In this document: piece by piece, positions 11,019-23,088 of the stretch | Position numbering within the stretch: position 1 is the stretch's first letter | Layout: each line of letters opens with the position of its first letter | Source of the DNA: Octopus sinensis | Taxonomy: Eukaryota | Direction of reading: 5' to 3' | Length of the DNA: 64,000 nt | NCBI RefSeq assembly: GCF_006345805.1 | Contig: NC_042999.1 | Span: 130,262,001 to 130,326,000, forward strand | The notes under the pieces: generated by a model | Databases searched by the model: none | Told to the model about the DNA's origin: nothing | Seen by the model: the letters and a program-made list of their open reading frames with translations, nothing else | Program-made: the position numbers and the translations under genes

Positions 11019-14000
11019 CGATGATATGAGTGTGCATCTGCGTCTATGTGTGTGTATTTGTGAGTGCTTTTTCACAAATGTGCATTCATATGTATGCAGG
11101 TTATGTTCTAGTCGACTTACTAATGAATAATTCCTGATATTATCTTATTCTGATTATTTCTCGTTTCTTTGTTTGCATTTTGCCATGCAGTATCCCGTGG
11201 CAACGGATTTTTTTTTTTTGTCTTGTTATTGCTGACAATACCAGAAGTGGCTTGCCTGGCTAAGGGCGACCACCTGTGCATTGCTTTGCATTATTCCCTG
11301 AGATTATATGAATATTCATAGATCTTTTTCGCCTTGACTATTTAAACAGCGTAGAATATAGACGTAAAAGCATTATTGATGCCGATACTGTTGTACTGGT
11401 GACGGTGGTACAACAGATATATTCATTGTTCCATTAATACAAGTTCTTACCCTATTAATTAAGCCTTCACAGAAATTCTAAATCACAAAATCAAAATACC
11501 CGAAGTTGAATGCTTTGCAAGAATGGTGTTTATATCTTGTTTTTTCGTACCTTTAAGTAAATGAAAGGTGGATTACTCACCCGAATATTGCACATTGTGT
11601 CGCCGGTATTAAGTAGCCAACTCATGGGCCTTGAGTTCAGATTTGTGGGTGGTGTTTCATTGAACCGATCTATTTTCCAGATGTGGCAGTTGGTTTCATG
11701 AGTTTCAGTTCACCTAACTGTCAGAAATAGACGACATGCCTTTTAAGTGAGTTTTTACGTAATTTTACACATATATTCAGAGAAGATTTATCTCTTAATA
11801 CCAAGAAATTAGAACCCGGCCGCTTACTAACAGAAAACCCCTTTTAGAACGAACCAATGAAGGAACTTCTATGTCGTCGTTCAATCTACAAGAAATAACA
11901 TTCAAGTCTCCTTAAAATGACGCCTTACTGTCTTAAAAATGAAGGTCGCCAGATAATGTAGTCCTAGATAGTCTATGTTTGAAAAACTACGGTTACTCAG
12001 TCTGTTGATTGTATGTATGCTTCATGAGACATGCTTTATGATCCATTTTGGTTCTGAAGTAGTTTTATGGGGTTTTCTTCTTACTGTCTTGCTAGGTCTA
12101 TGCTTGCCATCAGAAATGCAGTATACTAGTGATTGACTTGTTTGAAACCTTACCTTTATTTACATTATTTACTGGAAAATACGAAAACTAAAAGAAGCAG
12201 CACATATGCTAGGACACAACAACTTCCTAAAATATCTTTGTCACTTAATTCTTTTTTTTTCTGTTTGTCATAGCAGTATGAGATCATTTTTGTTAAGTTG
12301 ACAGAATTAAAGGTTTATTGTACATAGGTTTTCGTATATTTTCGTGTACTTGGTGTTGTCCTGCCTTCTGTAATGTTTATTACGAGCACTCTGTAATGTT
12401 TGTTGGTGACGTGCCGATATCGCCACGATCTTCTGTCAATAGCCGATGAGAGGAGAATGGTTTCGTAGTCTGTGCCTAATGTTTCTTCCCTTTCTCTCCC
12501 TCTCTCTTTCTCTGTACATTTCATTTATATATATGTGTGTGCATATATATATAGGGATGAATCAAATGATATGTAGGTATACCCCAAAGAATCGAAGGCA
12601 TAATTGTTAAGGGGTGTTGAGAAAACTTGAATTCACACGCCATTAGTTAGAAGATAATTACAAAAATCGGAATTGGATTAGAAACACCCAACGGAAAAGA
12701 AAATGCTGCTTTACCATGTCCGTTCTTCACAATAATGGCTAAATATGGTCATTGGTAAAGAATAGTTGTTGCTTAACTTAAATTTAGCCTCGATTTGGCA
12801 GACCATGATCAAAGGACATTTCAGCTCTGACAATTTCGCATTTTCCTAGCAAAATGTTTCTAAGACTACAATAGTTAATATGCCAGACTTTAAAAAACAT
12901 TGGATGTGATATGAGGGAAATTTGTCTGATATTTCTAGCAGAGAAAGAGTGACACAAACCTGTAAAGTAAATGATTAAACACTTTACAGTATTTCGCAAG
13001 ATTATGATTCTCTGTTAATGCAATGCATTATATATCAGCTGTTAAACAACGTTAATGATATCAATTAAACAAACTATTTCTACGTTTCCATTATCAAGAA
13101 ACTCAGTAAACTAATAAACCTAATTTTTCTGGAATAAGACAACATATTGTCAAAAACATATAAATATATATTTCATGTCAAAATGTAAGATCAAATATCG
13201 ATGGCCTTCTGAATTTTCTTCAAAATAAGTTTTCTTCGTCATATTGTATTTACAAATTGGGTGTATGTACATGCTGTATTTTCTGTATGTATATGCTATA
13301 CTCTCTATATGTGTCCGATGATATTTCAACATTAGTATGTACTTAAAATTTGTAATAAGTAAATGTTATGAAGTTAAGTGTAAAAAGATATTCAGTATCA
13401 CAATATATAAAGAAATAAAGACATATTTCACGGGGTGGTGCTAGTTAGAGAAGTGCTATTTCTAGCATTCTGAAGCCATTCATCAAAGTTGAATGTACAT
13501 CTTATGTTACATAGATATTGACGTTTAAATGATAAATCCTGTAACCCGGAAACTCACTTTACTATTTGGAACAATTTCTGAGAAAATCTAGGAACAGTGA
13601 ACTTTGACTTGATAAATGATACACTCTAAAACTGACTGAGGTGTACTATATAAACTAGTTTCTATATAAGCTACTTAGCACCACTGTTACACTGATTTTT
13701 AGTAGTTTACATATTTGTCGTATTTCAATGTTTCATTGTTGTAGAAAGTATCTAAATTGCAAATGTTGCATTAATCGCCAGAAAATCCCTCGTTAATAAC
13801 ATAGCTTCAGTTGCTGATCGAGTTAATGAGAAATACTTAAAGCAATTTCCAGTGAACAGATGGAAGCTAGTTGCATTAATTTAACTCTAAATGATTCGCT
13901 GTCGTATAAATTTCCTTTATTGAAGCAGAAAATTGTCGTATTTTGGTCAACACTTTAAAATAATTTATATATTGTGACACTGGATATATTTTTATACTTA

Positions 14001-15964
14001 ATTTTATCACAAAATTTATTATTTTTAAGTTCATGCTAATATTGAAATATCAAATACAATTACTGCATACCATTCTTAGAATAAATTACAAATATAAAAA
14101 TATTCATAGGCAACGTTTAAAAGAATGATACATTTTAAACTCCATCTTAAGTGGGGGGGGCGCTATTTACAATTAAAGATTCTGTGTTTGAGAATTTTGC
14201 TTTAATTACCAAAATTTTTAATTTGCCCGTTTCATTCAAATATCGATCCAATAACCAATTTAAAAAATTTAGATAATTATTAGAGCGAAAATTCACATTC
14301 GACTGAGACTTAAATCAATATTTTTGTACGGCCAACGTTTATCACGAACTGGTAAATTTAAAACGAGGTTATTTCAAACTGTTGTGGATAGGTTTTTAAT
14401 TAAGACATAATGGATCTCACGCCGATTTTGAAGTTGATTTTTTTCCAGTCGTTCGATTGACAGAATTACTAAATTAATTATGGCATAAGCGGCTGAGTAT
14501 TCCACAGAAACTTGTGCTATTAAAAAAAGTCTACGGGAAAACTCAGTATGATACTGTAAGACAAAGTTGATTGTTGAATTACCGGTACAACTCATACGCG
14601 GGCTTCCACACACTTTCTGCTTATTCAGTCTCATTCACAAGGCTTGTGACCCGAGCTTATGTTAAAAGACACTTTCCCACTGTGTCGTGTAGTGGGATTG
14701 AACCCGAAATCTCAAGAGCATAATAAACTCTTTAACCATTCGTTTTTGCCTTCCTGACAAAAAGATCCATGATAGGGTTAGCAAGAACATGTTTTGATAT
14801 TGAACAAACCGTATACTGAATTGGTTTACCGTTAACTTTGCAAGTATCAGATAAAAATTTTCGGGAAGTAAAACTGGGACTTGTGACATTCATACATTTC
14901 TGATGTCATAAATGAAGTGAGGGAATAAATGATTCTCTGTGGGAATTGAAAATGGGACGTAGAGCTGCAATGCTTTAAATATATTTGTAGGAGCATTTGT
15001 TTCATCTGTTATAGTAAAAATATCAGATATCACTTTGAATAGAATATCTTTCCTCAGCAAGGTTCAGTCATCTACACTTTGATGTCCTCTTACTTGTTGC
15101 AGAGGTTCTGAAAAAGATCATAGACGCTGCCATTCTACCTCTAAGCCATTTATTAAATCCAAACAAAACCAGCTTTGCTAATTCTGCATAAACGAATTCC
15201 CTATTTTGTTTACATTTGCCCTTATTCTCGTGTATGCTCTGAAAACATTCCGTTTAGCTTTTCTTCATCTGATTTCTAACGTCAATCTTTACACCTCACT
15301 AAGATTACCAGATATATCTTCAGAGAAGACTTGGGGGAAAATATTTGTTTTAAAATTGTTACGATAAATCCATTTGTCAAAGATAGTGTGTTCTATAAGA
15401 AACCAATCAGCTTGATCAATGCTGAAGAAACAAATCTGAGCATACTGTAAAAGATGGTTGGACTCCAGTGAATTCTTAATTGTAGATCTAAAGAAATACC
15501 GTAAAGCGAAAGTAATAATAGATTGTAGTATTTGCTATAATTTATCTACTTAAAATGTTCTATAGTTTACTATTGAATAGTTAGTATATTATGGGACAGA
15601 TTGGATTAAATGATAATGATCTAGCCTGTTTTAATTGTTTGGGGAATACAATAGTGAGCTGATGTTAACTATTGTATCGAAAAAAAATGTATTTTGGCTA
15701 CAGTTGACTGGACAAAATTTGTAGCCCGAGTCGTGTATTTCTTGTGAGTACGTTGTGTATTGATGCAGCAGATAAGGTACGACATTAAGCGACAATAAAT
15801 AAATAATGTAGGGACAATGATGACGTAGTTGTGACGCTACTAGGGAACAAGGGATTTCTGTCGTCCAGACCTTTTACTAAGTAAATTTACTGAAGTAAAA
15901 TGGTCTCTGCCAGAACTGAAACTATATTTTACATCGAATTACTGGGAGTTCACCTCCATGATTA

Positions 15965-16230
15965 CTTACTTAAACCCTTCGCTCCTAATGAGCATAGGCT
16001 ATTAATGACTTTTCTCAACTGTTCTTGACCCCGGGTTATCTTTTCTGCTTCTCTCCGATTGGATCCTTGCCTTTTCAGCTCTGCCTTAGTATTCTGCCTC
16101 CCTAGGGAAGGCCTTATTTCCCAAATCTTTTAGGCTTTGAATTGTCATCAATACTTCTGTAGCTTCATTTTTTTTTTATTTTTTAGAAATGCATTGGCCC
16201 TACGCAAACCCATTTTCCTTTTTACGTCTG
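15965..16230 (-). mobile_element. RTE-type LINE 3' end fragment
   Basis: Decayed ..AELKRQG.N.REAEKI....LCSLGAKG followed by a (TAAG)n tail (ttacttactta on the + strand). Confidence 0.6.
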
Positions 16231-17727
16231 GAAAAAATCCCCATATTAGTCTGGCCTTTATGCTTTGATCTATCCAGTATGGGGGGGGGGGCTATCAGGA
16301 GCTTGTTCTCCGCCGGCAGCAAACCACCACATTGCAATAAGGGAGAGATCTTGTGGTAGGCTCACCATGATTATTACCATTTTATTATTTTTAGGTTCGA
16401 GTCGCATGTAGCAGAATAGGAAATATTATTCTGGCGTCGGAATTGAAAGAAAATATTAGTAGATATTATTAGGCATCTATTCCAAAACGTTTTCGGTGAG
16501 ATTTACTTTAAAATGGTCCCGACTTCATTTTTATTTCATTAGATCACAATGTTTTGGTGCACATTTCCTATATTATATAATAACATGTATCTGAAGGGTT
16601 ATATTTCAGATTTTAATTTAATTGGTCCATGAAGAAAATAACACTTAAATGAAATATTTACAGCAAATATTTAACTAATTCCTTCAAAGATCAGTTTCTG
16701 TGACTTCATGGCTATCATCAATCTGCGCACGTGCGCGCGTGTGTGTAGAGAATGTTGTATCCAGGCATTTGTGGTAACTATATGAAGCAAGTGATATGGT
16801 AACACTGGTGAAAGTATCTGATAGTTGGATGGACATAAGATATAGAAATCAAATAAATTACCCTGATTTTTTTCATTTGCAGCAACTAACAATAATTTGT
16901 GTGTGAGTATGTATTATTTTTCGTTGAACAGTAAATGTATTTTGAACAGTTTGATTTGATTTCAAAGGTTTGTTCATTTATAAAATTAAACATCACAAAA
17001 ATGTACTTTGAATGGATTCTTGAAAAGGTTTTAATTCAATAGAGGGGAAAATATTCTATATTTAGAGAGATCTTATTTTGCAATATTTTCTCAAAACATT
17101 ATTCAAGTAGTAGTCAACAATAGAAAGATGCTTATAAAATAAGTAGAATAAATTTATGAAATGAATAGGAAACAAAGCGTTAGTGCTCTTCAAAATATGA
17201 TTTTCTTTATCGCTAAATAGCTTTCTTGCTTCTGTTAGTTGTATTCTAACAAGACGAGCATAATTATACACATTTCTGTCTGGCAGCAATGTATGTAACT
17301 GATCAATTTATTGGTATAGCTAAAAATTCTATTACATATAACATCAAGACAATTTTTCGTGTTAGAAATAGAAATATTGATATACTAAAGACAAATTGCT
17401 TTACATTATAAATTCTTCGGCTTTTCTATTTCGGAGAAACAGTTTCAAATTTTATAAACTTTATTTGTCGATTTCAATCCATCCATTTATTGACTATTTA
17501 CTCTTTTACTTGTTTCAGTCATTTGACTGCGGCCATGCTGGAACACTGCCTTTAGCCGAGCAAATCGACCCCAGAGCTTATTCTTTGTAAACCTAGTACT
17601 TATTCTATCGGCCTCTTTTGCCGAACCGCTAAGTTACGGGGACGTAAACACACCAGCATCGGTTGTCAAGCGATGTTGGGGTGACAAACACAGACACACA
17701 AACACACATACACACACACATATACTT

Positions 17728-17774
<47 letters not shown>

Positions 17775-17971
17775 TGTTGAAATGGAAAGATGAATTTTCT
17801 TGTTACAGATTATTCAAAAGTTTAACCGATACCTGGGTAGCAAAAATCACAGCAGAAAAAACACGGTTGGAGATAAGACCATTTGGTGTTGCAACCGTGC
17901 GTTGGTGCGGATAATTGAAGTTTAATATAATTAGTGAATGGAAGAAATGGAGTTGAACGAAGATTGTACAG

Positions 17972-18079
17972 AATTCCTTTTATTACATTCTACACATGTT
18001 TCAAAGGCCACAATTTTCCAAATTACGATTAAATAAGGATACCATATTGCAGCTTTCTCTTCAGGAAAAACCAGGAATT
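17972..18079 (-). ncRNA. Type I hammerhead ribozyme (left arm copy)
   Basis: Mirror of the 18591-18698 motif. Stem III reads GAAAC-AUGU-GUA with a self-complementary ACAUGU core; predicted cleavage 3' of the A at 17991 on the minus strand. Confidence 0.75.
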
Positions 18080-18590
18080 ACGTTGTCAGAACAAAACAAA
18101 ACAGAGGCGCAGCAAAGCAATTCGAACGAGGACGCTCCTTAAGAGCCCATGGTTAAACTGTTTATCAATGTACGTTGAAATCGGGGGGTTGGTGGGGGCC
18201 GACAAAAGGTCCGTTGGAATAATTACAGGTCAGGCCGCGGTCAAATCTAGTAGGTGAGGAATTAATGAGAACAAGGGGTGTGGAGATGTTCTGTGTGACC
18301 AAAACTAATGTTCTGAATATTTTAAGAATATTCTTAAAATATTCTTAAAATATTCAGAACATTAGTTTTGGTCACACAGAACATCTCCACACCCCTTGTT
18401 CTCATTAATTCCTCACCTACTAGATTTGACCGCGGCCTGACCTGTAATTATTCCAACGGACCTTTTGTCGGCCCCCACCAACCCCCCGATTTCAACGTAC
18501 ATTGATAAACAGTTTAACCATGGGCTCTTAAGGAGCGTCCTCGTTCGAATTGCTTTGCTGCGCCTCTGTTTTGTTTTGTTCTGACAACGT

Positions 18591-18698
18591 AATTCCTGGT
18601 TTTTCCTGAAGAGAAAGCTGCAATATGGTATCCTTATTTAATCATAATTTGGAAAATTGTGGCCTTTGAAACAAGTGTAGAATGTAATAAAAGGAATT
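18591..18698 (+). ncRNA. Type I hammerhead ribozyme (right arm copy)
   Basis: CUGAAGA 18606-18612. Stem II GAAAGCUGCAAU/AUUGUGGCCUUU pairs at 11 of 12 positions. GAAA 18668-18671; short stem III C-AAGU-G; GUA triplet 18677-18679. Stem I UUC/GAA, then bulge UGUAAU, UUU/AAA and AAUUCCU/AGGAAUU. Confidence 0.75.
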
Positions 18699-18736
18699 CT
18701 GTACAATCTTCGTTCAACTCCATTTCTTCCATTCAC

Positions 18737-18786
<50 letters not shown>

Positions 18787-19559
18787 ACGGGCTTCTTCCA
18801 GTTTCTGTCTACCAAATCCACTCACAAGGCTTTGGTCGGTCTGAGGTTATAGTAGAAGACACTTGCCCAAGGTGCCACGCAACGGGACTGAACCCGGAAC
18901 CATGTGATTGGTAAGCAAGCTACTTACCACACAGCCACTCCTGCGCCTATTTGTTAATGTTTAATTATGAACCTCAACATCATTTGCATTAAAGAGTGGT
19001 ATGCAATTTATAATGGCCTTGAATATTATCAAACGTAATCTTGTGCATTGAAACGAATGTTTGGAGAATTTGACAGCTTGAAATATTAACCAAATCAGCT
19101 CCAATAGAGATCCTTGAGAAGTTACAATTCTCATCTCATTATTGGTCATGGTCTTTTAGATAAGCAGTGAAATGCTTAAAATGGGCAAGTTATAATTTTA
19201 AAAGCAGCAAATACAAGCTGAATAGTAAAATATCTTCGCATAAATTGAGGAGCATTGGAATATAATAACAGACTTTTAGCAACTGGGGCAGTATACAGAC
19301 GCATCACATTCAGACAACGGATTTGTATATGGTGTTCCATGGAATTTTCATAACAATAATAAAAACATGAGATTAGAACTACACTACAATTTTACAATGT
19401 ACAAAGCAAAATGATGAGGAATGATAACACTTTTAGATTCAACTAAAGAACTGCCTTGGGAAACTGGTTTTCTATTTACTGATTGTTCATTCAAACTAGA
19501 AATTTTTAAAGAAAGAAAAGGAGATCGGCTTAAAAATTTTTTAACTATCCTGCTAAAAA

Positions 19560-19700
19560 CAGATAATTACTGATTTGAAAACAATAACCAAGTAACAATG
19601 ATTTGGCTGACAGGCATGTAGGTATTAATAGAAACCTGAAAGCAGATGAATTCACAAAAGATGAACCACAAAAAGATAAAAATAGTATAGTTTACCCACC
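19560..19700 (+). mobile_element. RNase H motif relic of an RNase-H-bearing LINE (I/Ingi/Loa-like)
   Basis: att tgg ctg aca gg / cat gta ggt att aat aga aac ctg aaa gca gat gaa ttc aca aaa = IWLTG/HVGINRNLKADEFTK, versus consensus W.PGH.GI.GNE.AD.LAK with one frameshift. Confidence 0.5.
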
Positions 19701-20749
19701 AAATCTGTCACAAGTTAAATTAATTTGTAAAAACAACGTCAAAGGTGGAATGTTAGAAAGAATCTATAACTAAACAATCAAACATTAACCCTTCAATATC
19801 ACAACTAGATTTGGCAACATCAAAAACGTTAAACAATGAGCAATGATTTTTGTTGACTATGAGCAGGCTGTATTACTTTAAACTGTATTCTATCACGAAA
19901 AGCTCGTATACGTTCTTATAGAGATTATATTCAGAATCTATAAAGCACTATCCTTTCCAATGCAAAAACTGAAAAGGTCCAATTTGAAATTGGTCTTCAA
20001 AAGCTTATCAAGGTTGGAATTCATTCTCAGAGATCGACTAATCATAAATAAGATCTTTCAGTTCTTGGAGGCTATTAAAGGATTTAACAACAGAAACATT
20101 TGGCTGTTCTTCTTTCATCGGTCTTTTCTATTTTTCTAGTTTGCTCCTATTTTTCTTATATTTTCGTCTAATATATAGGAAATATTAGGTACCATTTTTA
20201 GTCTGTTATGGCTTTTCCGCTTCATCCACCAAAATCTGTGAATTATTCCATACAAAATGCTCAACGGGGAATAACAAAATCATTACCCGTTCAATAATAA
20301 ATTTAGAAGAAATTATTCCTTCGTCTATTTAAATTTCAATTCTTTTTCGAACATACGGAACACTTTTCTCACATAAATTTTCTAAACACTATTTTGTGTT
20401 TAGAATACTGAATGTAGTGATCTACAAAGAATTTTTAGTCTATTTGACATAATGAATTAATACTTCTTTGCGTAAACATTTCGTTTGAGGGTTATTTTAT
20501 ATTATTAGCCAATTAAATACATTTGAATGCATATATCAGTCAGTATATTTTTATAAGTATATTTATTATAATGTTTGTGTATGAATTGTGTATTTCTCTG
20601 AGCTTGTGTACGTGTATATGTATGATTTTATATAATTTTATATAGTTAATAATAGAATTTCACACAAATAAGGCTTTCAAACCACATAACTTTCAATTCC
20701 TCTCTAACCTTTCATCATCTGACACAAGATCCCCTCCTCCAGTGACCTC

Positions 20750-20966
20750 AAAATTCCTTGTCTTGTAAGTTACTTGGTGACCCTGCCGGTGTTGGGGGCC
20801 ACGTAAAAAGCATCCAGTCTACAGTGTAAAGTGGTTGGTATTTGGAAGGGCATCCAGCCGTAAAAATCCTGCCAAAACAGACACAGTAGCCTGGGGTGGT
20901 CAACTGTCAACCGTCCTACCTATGCATGCATTGAAGGCGGACGTTAAACGACGATGATGATGATGA
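20750..20966 (+). mobile_element. RTE-related LINE/SINE 3' end with (GAT)n tail
   Basis: ggaagggcatccagccgtaaaaa...ggacgttaaacgacgatgatgatgatgat terminal pattern. Confidence 0.6.
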
Positions 20967-21384
20967 TACACACACACGTATCTACTATATAAATGCAAAA
21001 GCATGTGGTTATGTATGTGTATTTAGCTCAAAAAGCTCTGAAACGATGCATCCTCAAGAAAAACGAATTTGATTTTCGAATTCTAAATAATAATAAAAAA
21101 ATATAATTTACTACGGGAAATAACTCAACTTTTAAATCGATAAATCTCCCACTGTCTATCTGTCACCACCAAACTCTTTCTCTCTGTATTTACCAAAATC
21201 TTTGACACTCGCCCTTTGGATGTGTATTAACTCTCACGCATTGCTTTCAATTCATTTAACACCTCATCTTCTTGTTTACTTTCATTTTATCACAGATATC
21301 ACGTACAAAAATTCTGTTTTCTGATTGAGTAAAAATGATCAAAATTTAAACCTCTGTAATATCTTTTGAAAAGTTTTCTGGAAT

Positions 21385-21770
21385 AAACGTGATTAATGGA
21401 TTGCTTCCTAATCACAGAGTTCTGGGTTCAGTCCTACTACGAGGCTCCGTGTGCAAGAATCTGCTATTAAAGCCTTCGTCTAACTAAAGCCTTGTGAACG
21501 GATTTGTTAGACGGAAACTGAAAGAAGCCCGTCGTATATGTGTATGTGCGTATGTATGTCTATATGTTTATGGGCGTGTGTGTTTTACGCGCGGGTCTTA
21601 GTTCCCTACCACCGTTTGGAGAACGGTGTTGGTTTGTTTACGTCCCCGTAATTTAGCTAAAGAGATCAACAGAATAAGTACAGGGGTTGATTCGTTCCAC
21701 TAAAACTCCTTAATGCGGTGCCCCAGCATGGCCGCAGTCCAATAACTGAAAGAAGTAAAAGGTAAATGAT
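21385..21770 (+). mobile_element. SINE family B copy
   Basis: ggttcagtcc B-box region, gccttgtgaacggatttg..acggaaactgaaagaagcccgtcgta, and ccccagcatggccgcagtc tail. Confidence 0.8.
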
Positions 21771-22244
21771 ATTTCGAAGAGAGGTGGGAAAGCTGACTTA
21801 GTGTAGCATGTATATGCGTTTGTGATGCAATAATTGCAAAGAATAAGTTAACACTAACAATTATACTGTCTGGTGTGTAACGCTATTTGCACTAGAAAGT
21901 TGCTGCTATAATTTTATCAAATTTCTTTGAAGCACATCATTGCACATTAAAGTTTATTAGATAAGCTCAACTTAAAATTATATAATCGACAGTTAAACTT
22001 CACATAAATAGAATTATCACTTTTCAAAGTTACTTCTTCAGAGTTTTTATAGAAATTAGAGCCAGCATTGAAAATTACAGCGTTTTGTATACGAATACGT
22101 CGACGTAAACAATGCGGTCGAAGATTGAAAAATAGGTCATGAATGTATATGTCATATTCCAGGAATTCTTGCTCCTTCGGCACCACATCTAACTCATTAA
22201 TCATCCACGAACACACTGCTTAAATAGCCACTAAATAACACATT

Positions 22245-22504
22245 GTGGAGGCGCGTGGCTTAGTGGTTAGGGTGTCAGCACCATGATCGTAAGATTGTGG
22301 TTTCGATTCCTGGACCGGGCGACGCGTTGTGTTCTTTAGCAAAACACTTCATTTCACGTTGCTCCAGTCCACTCAGCTGGCAAAAATGAGTAACGCTGCG
22401 ATGGACTGGCATCCCGTCCAGCTGGGAAACACACACGCCATGGAAACCGGGAAACCGGGCCCATGAGCCTGGCTAGGCTTTAAAAGGGCGCATTTATTTT
22501 GTTT
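22245..22504 (+). mobile_element. tRNA-derived SINE (family C, CORE-like centre, V-like 3' domain)
   Basis: A box tggcttagtggtt, B box gtttcgattcc; ctgcgatggactggcatcccgtccag domain; 13-bp TSD taaat(a/t)acacatt at 22232-22244 / 22505-22517. Confidence 0.85.
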
Positions 22505-22857
22505 TAAATTACACATTTACATATTAAACTTATTCCTAGAAATTACTATGTACATATTAATTACTTGCAGGGACACCATATTTTGTTATGCAACCATAAT
22601 ACATTTCCAGGTATTTTAACGGCTTACAAGTCAATGCAGTGATTGCATCGCACTGCTAACACAGGTAAGATATAGTATTGACTTATAAGTCTTTAATATA
22701 GTTTGTAGTATATCGTGACTGCATGACAAAATACGGTGTCACTATTAGCAATTAATAAAAAGAGAAGCTGCATTATATATTTTCACACATATACGTGTAA
22801 GCTTTCATAGGTGTATGTATTAGTGCACGCATTCTGATAGACATAAAAGCTGATATA

Positions 22858-23088
22858 CCTGGTCTGATCAATAAATATCCGAACTGTTCCTATTGTAACG
22901 AAGCTAAAGAAAGGAAAGTGAAGCCGCTTGGCACAGATTGACCTTCAACTCTGCTGTGAATGCGCACTAAGTTTTAACGTTCTAGCTCACAGCAGAGTTC
23001 AAGGTCACTCTGTGTTAAACGGCTTCACTCTGCGTGCTTTAGCTTTGTTACTATGGCAACAGTCCGGGTACATATTGACCAAACCTCG
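22858..23088. mobile_element. Mariner-derived MITE with ~100-bp imperfect TIRs
   Basis: c(c)tggtctgatcaataaatatccgaactgtt... versus ...aacagtccgggtacatattgaccaaacctcg; flanked by TA at both ends. Confidence 0.85.

Larger units (their letters stand above)
17925..18745. repeat. Near-perfect long palindrome (arms 17925-18332 / 18338-18745, 5-nt spacer); probably two head-to-head 5'-truncated Penelope-like pseudo-LTRs
   Basis: Arms aligned by eye: 406/408 identical (mismatches at 17996/18674 and 18026/18644). Each arm holds a hammerhead motif. The left arm extends ~150 nt further (17772-17924); both outer ends abut (TA)n. The confidence is for the palindrome; the Penelope-like origin is inferred. 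Confidence 0.95.
17497..18950 (-). mobile_element. tRNA-derived SINE (family B, internal CA/TA microsatellite) split into 17497-~17770 and ~18746-18950 by the palindromic insert
   Basis: The two halves match the uninterrupted copies at 21385-21770 and 38990-39322; the insert sits in the internal (TA)n. Confidence 0.9.
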
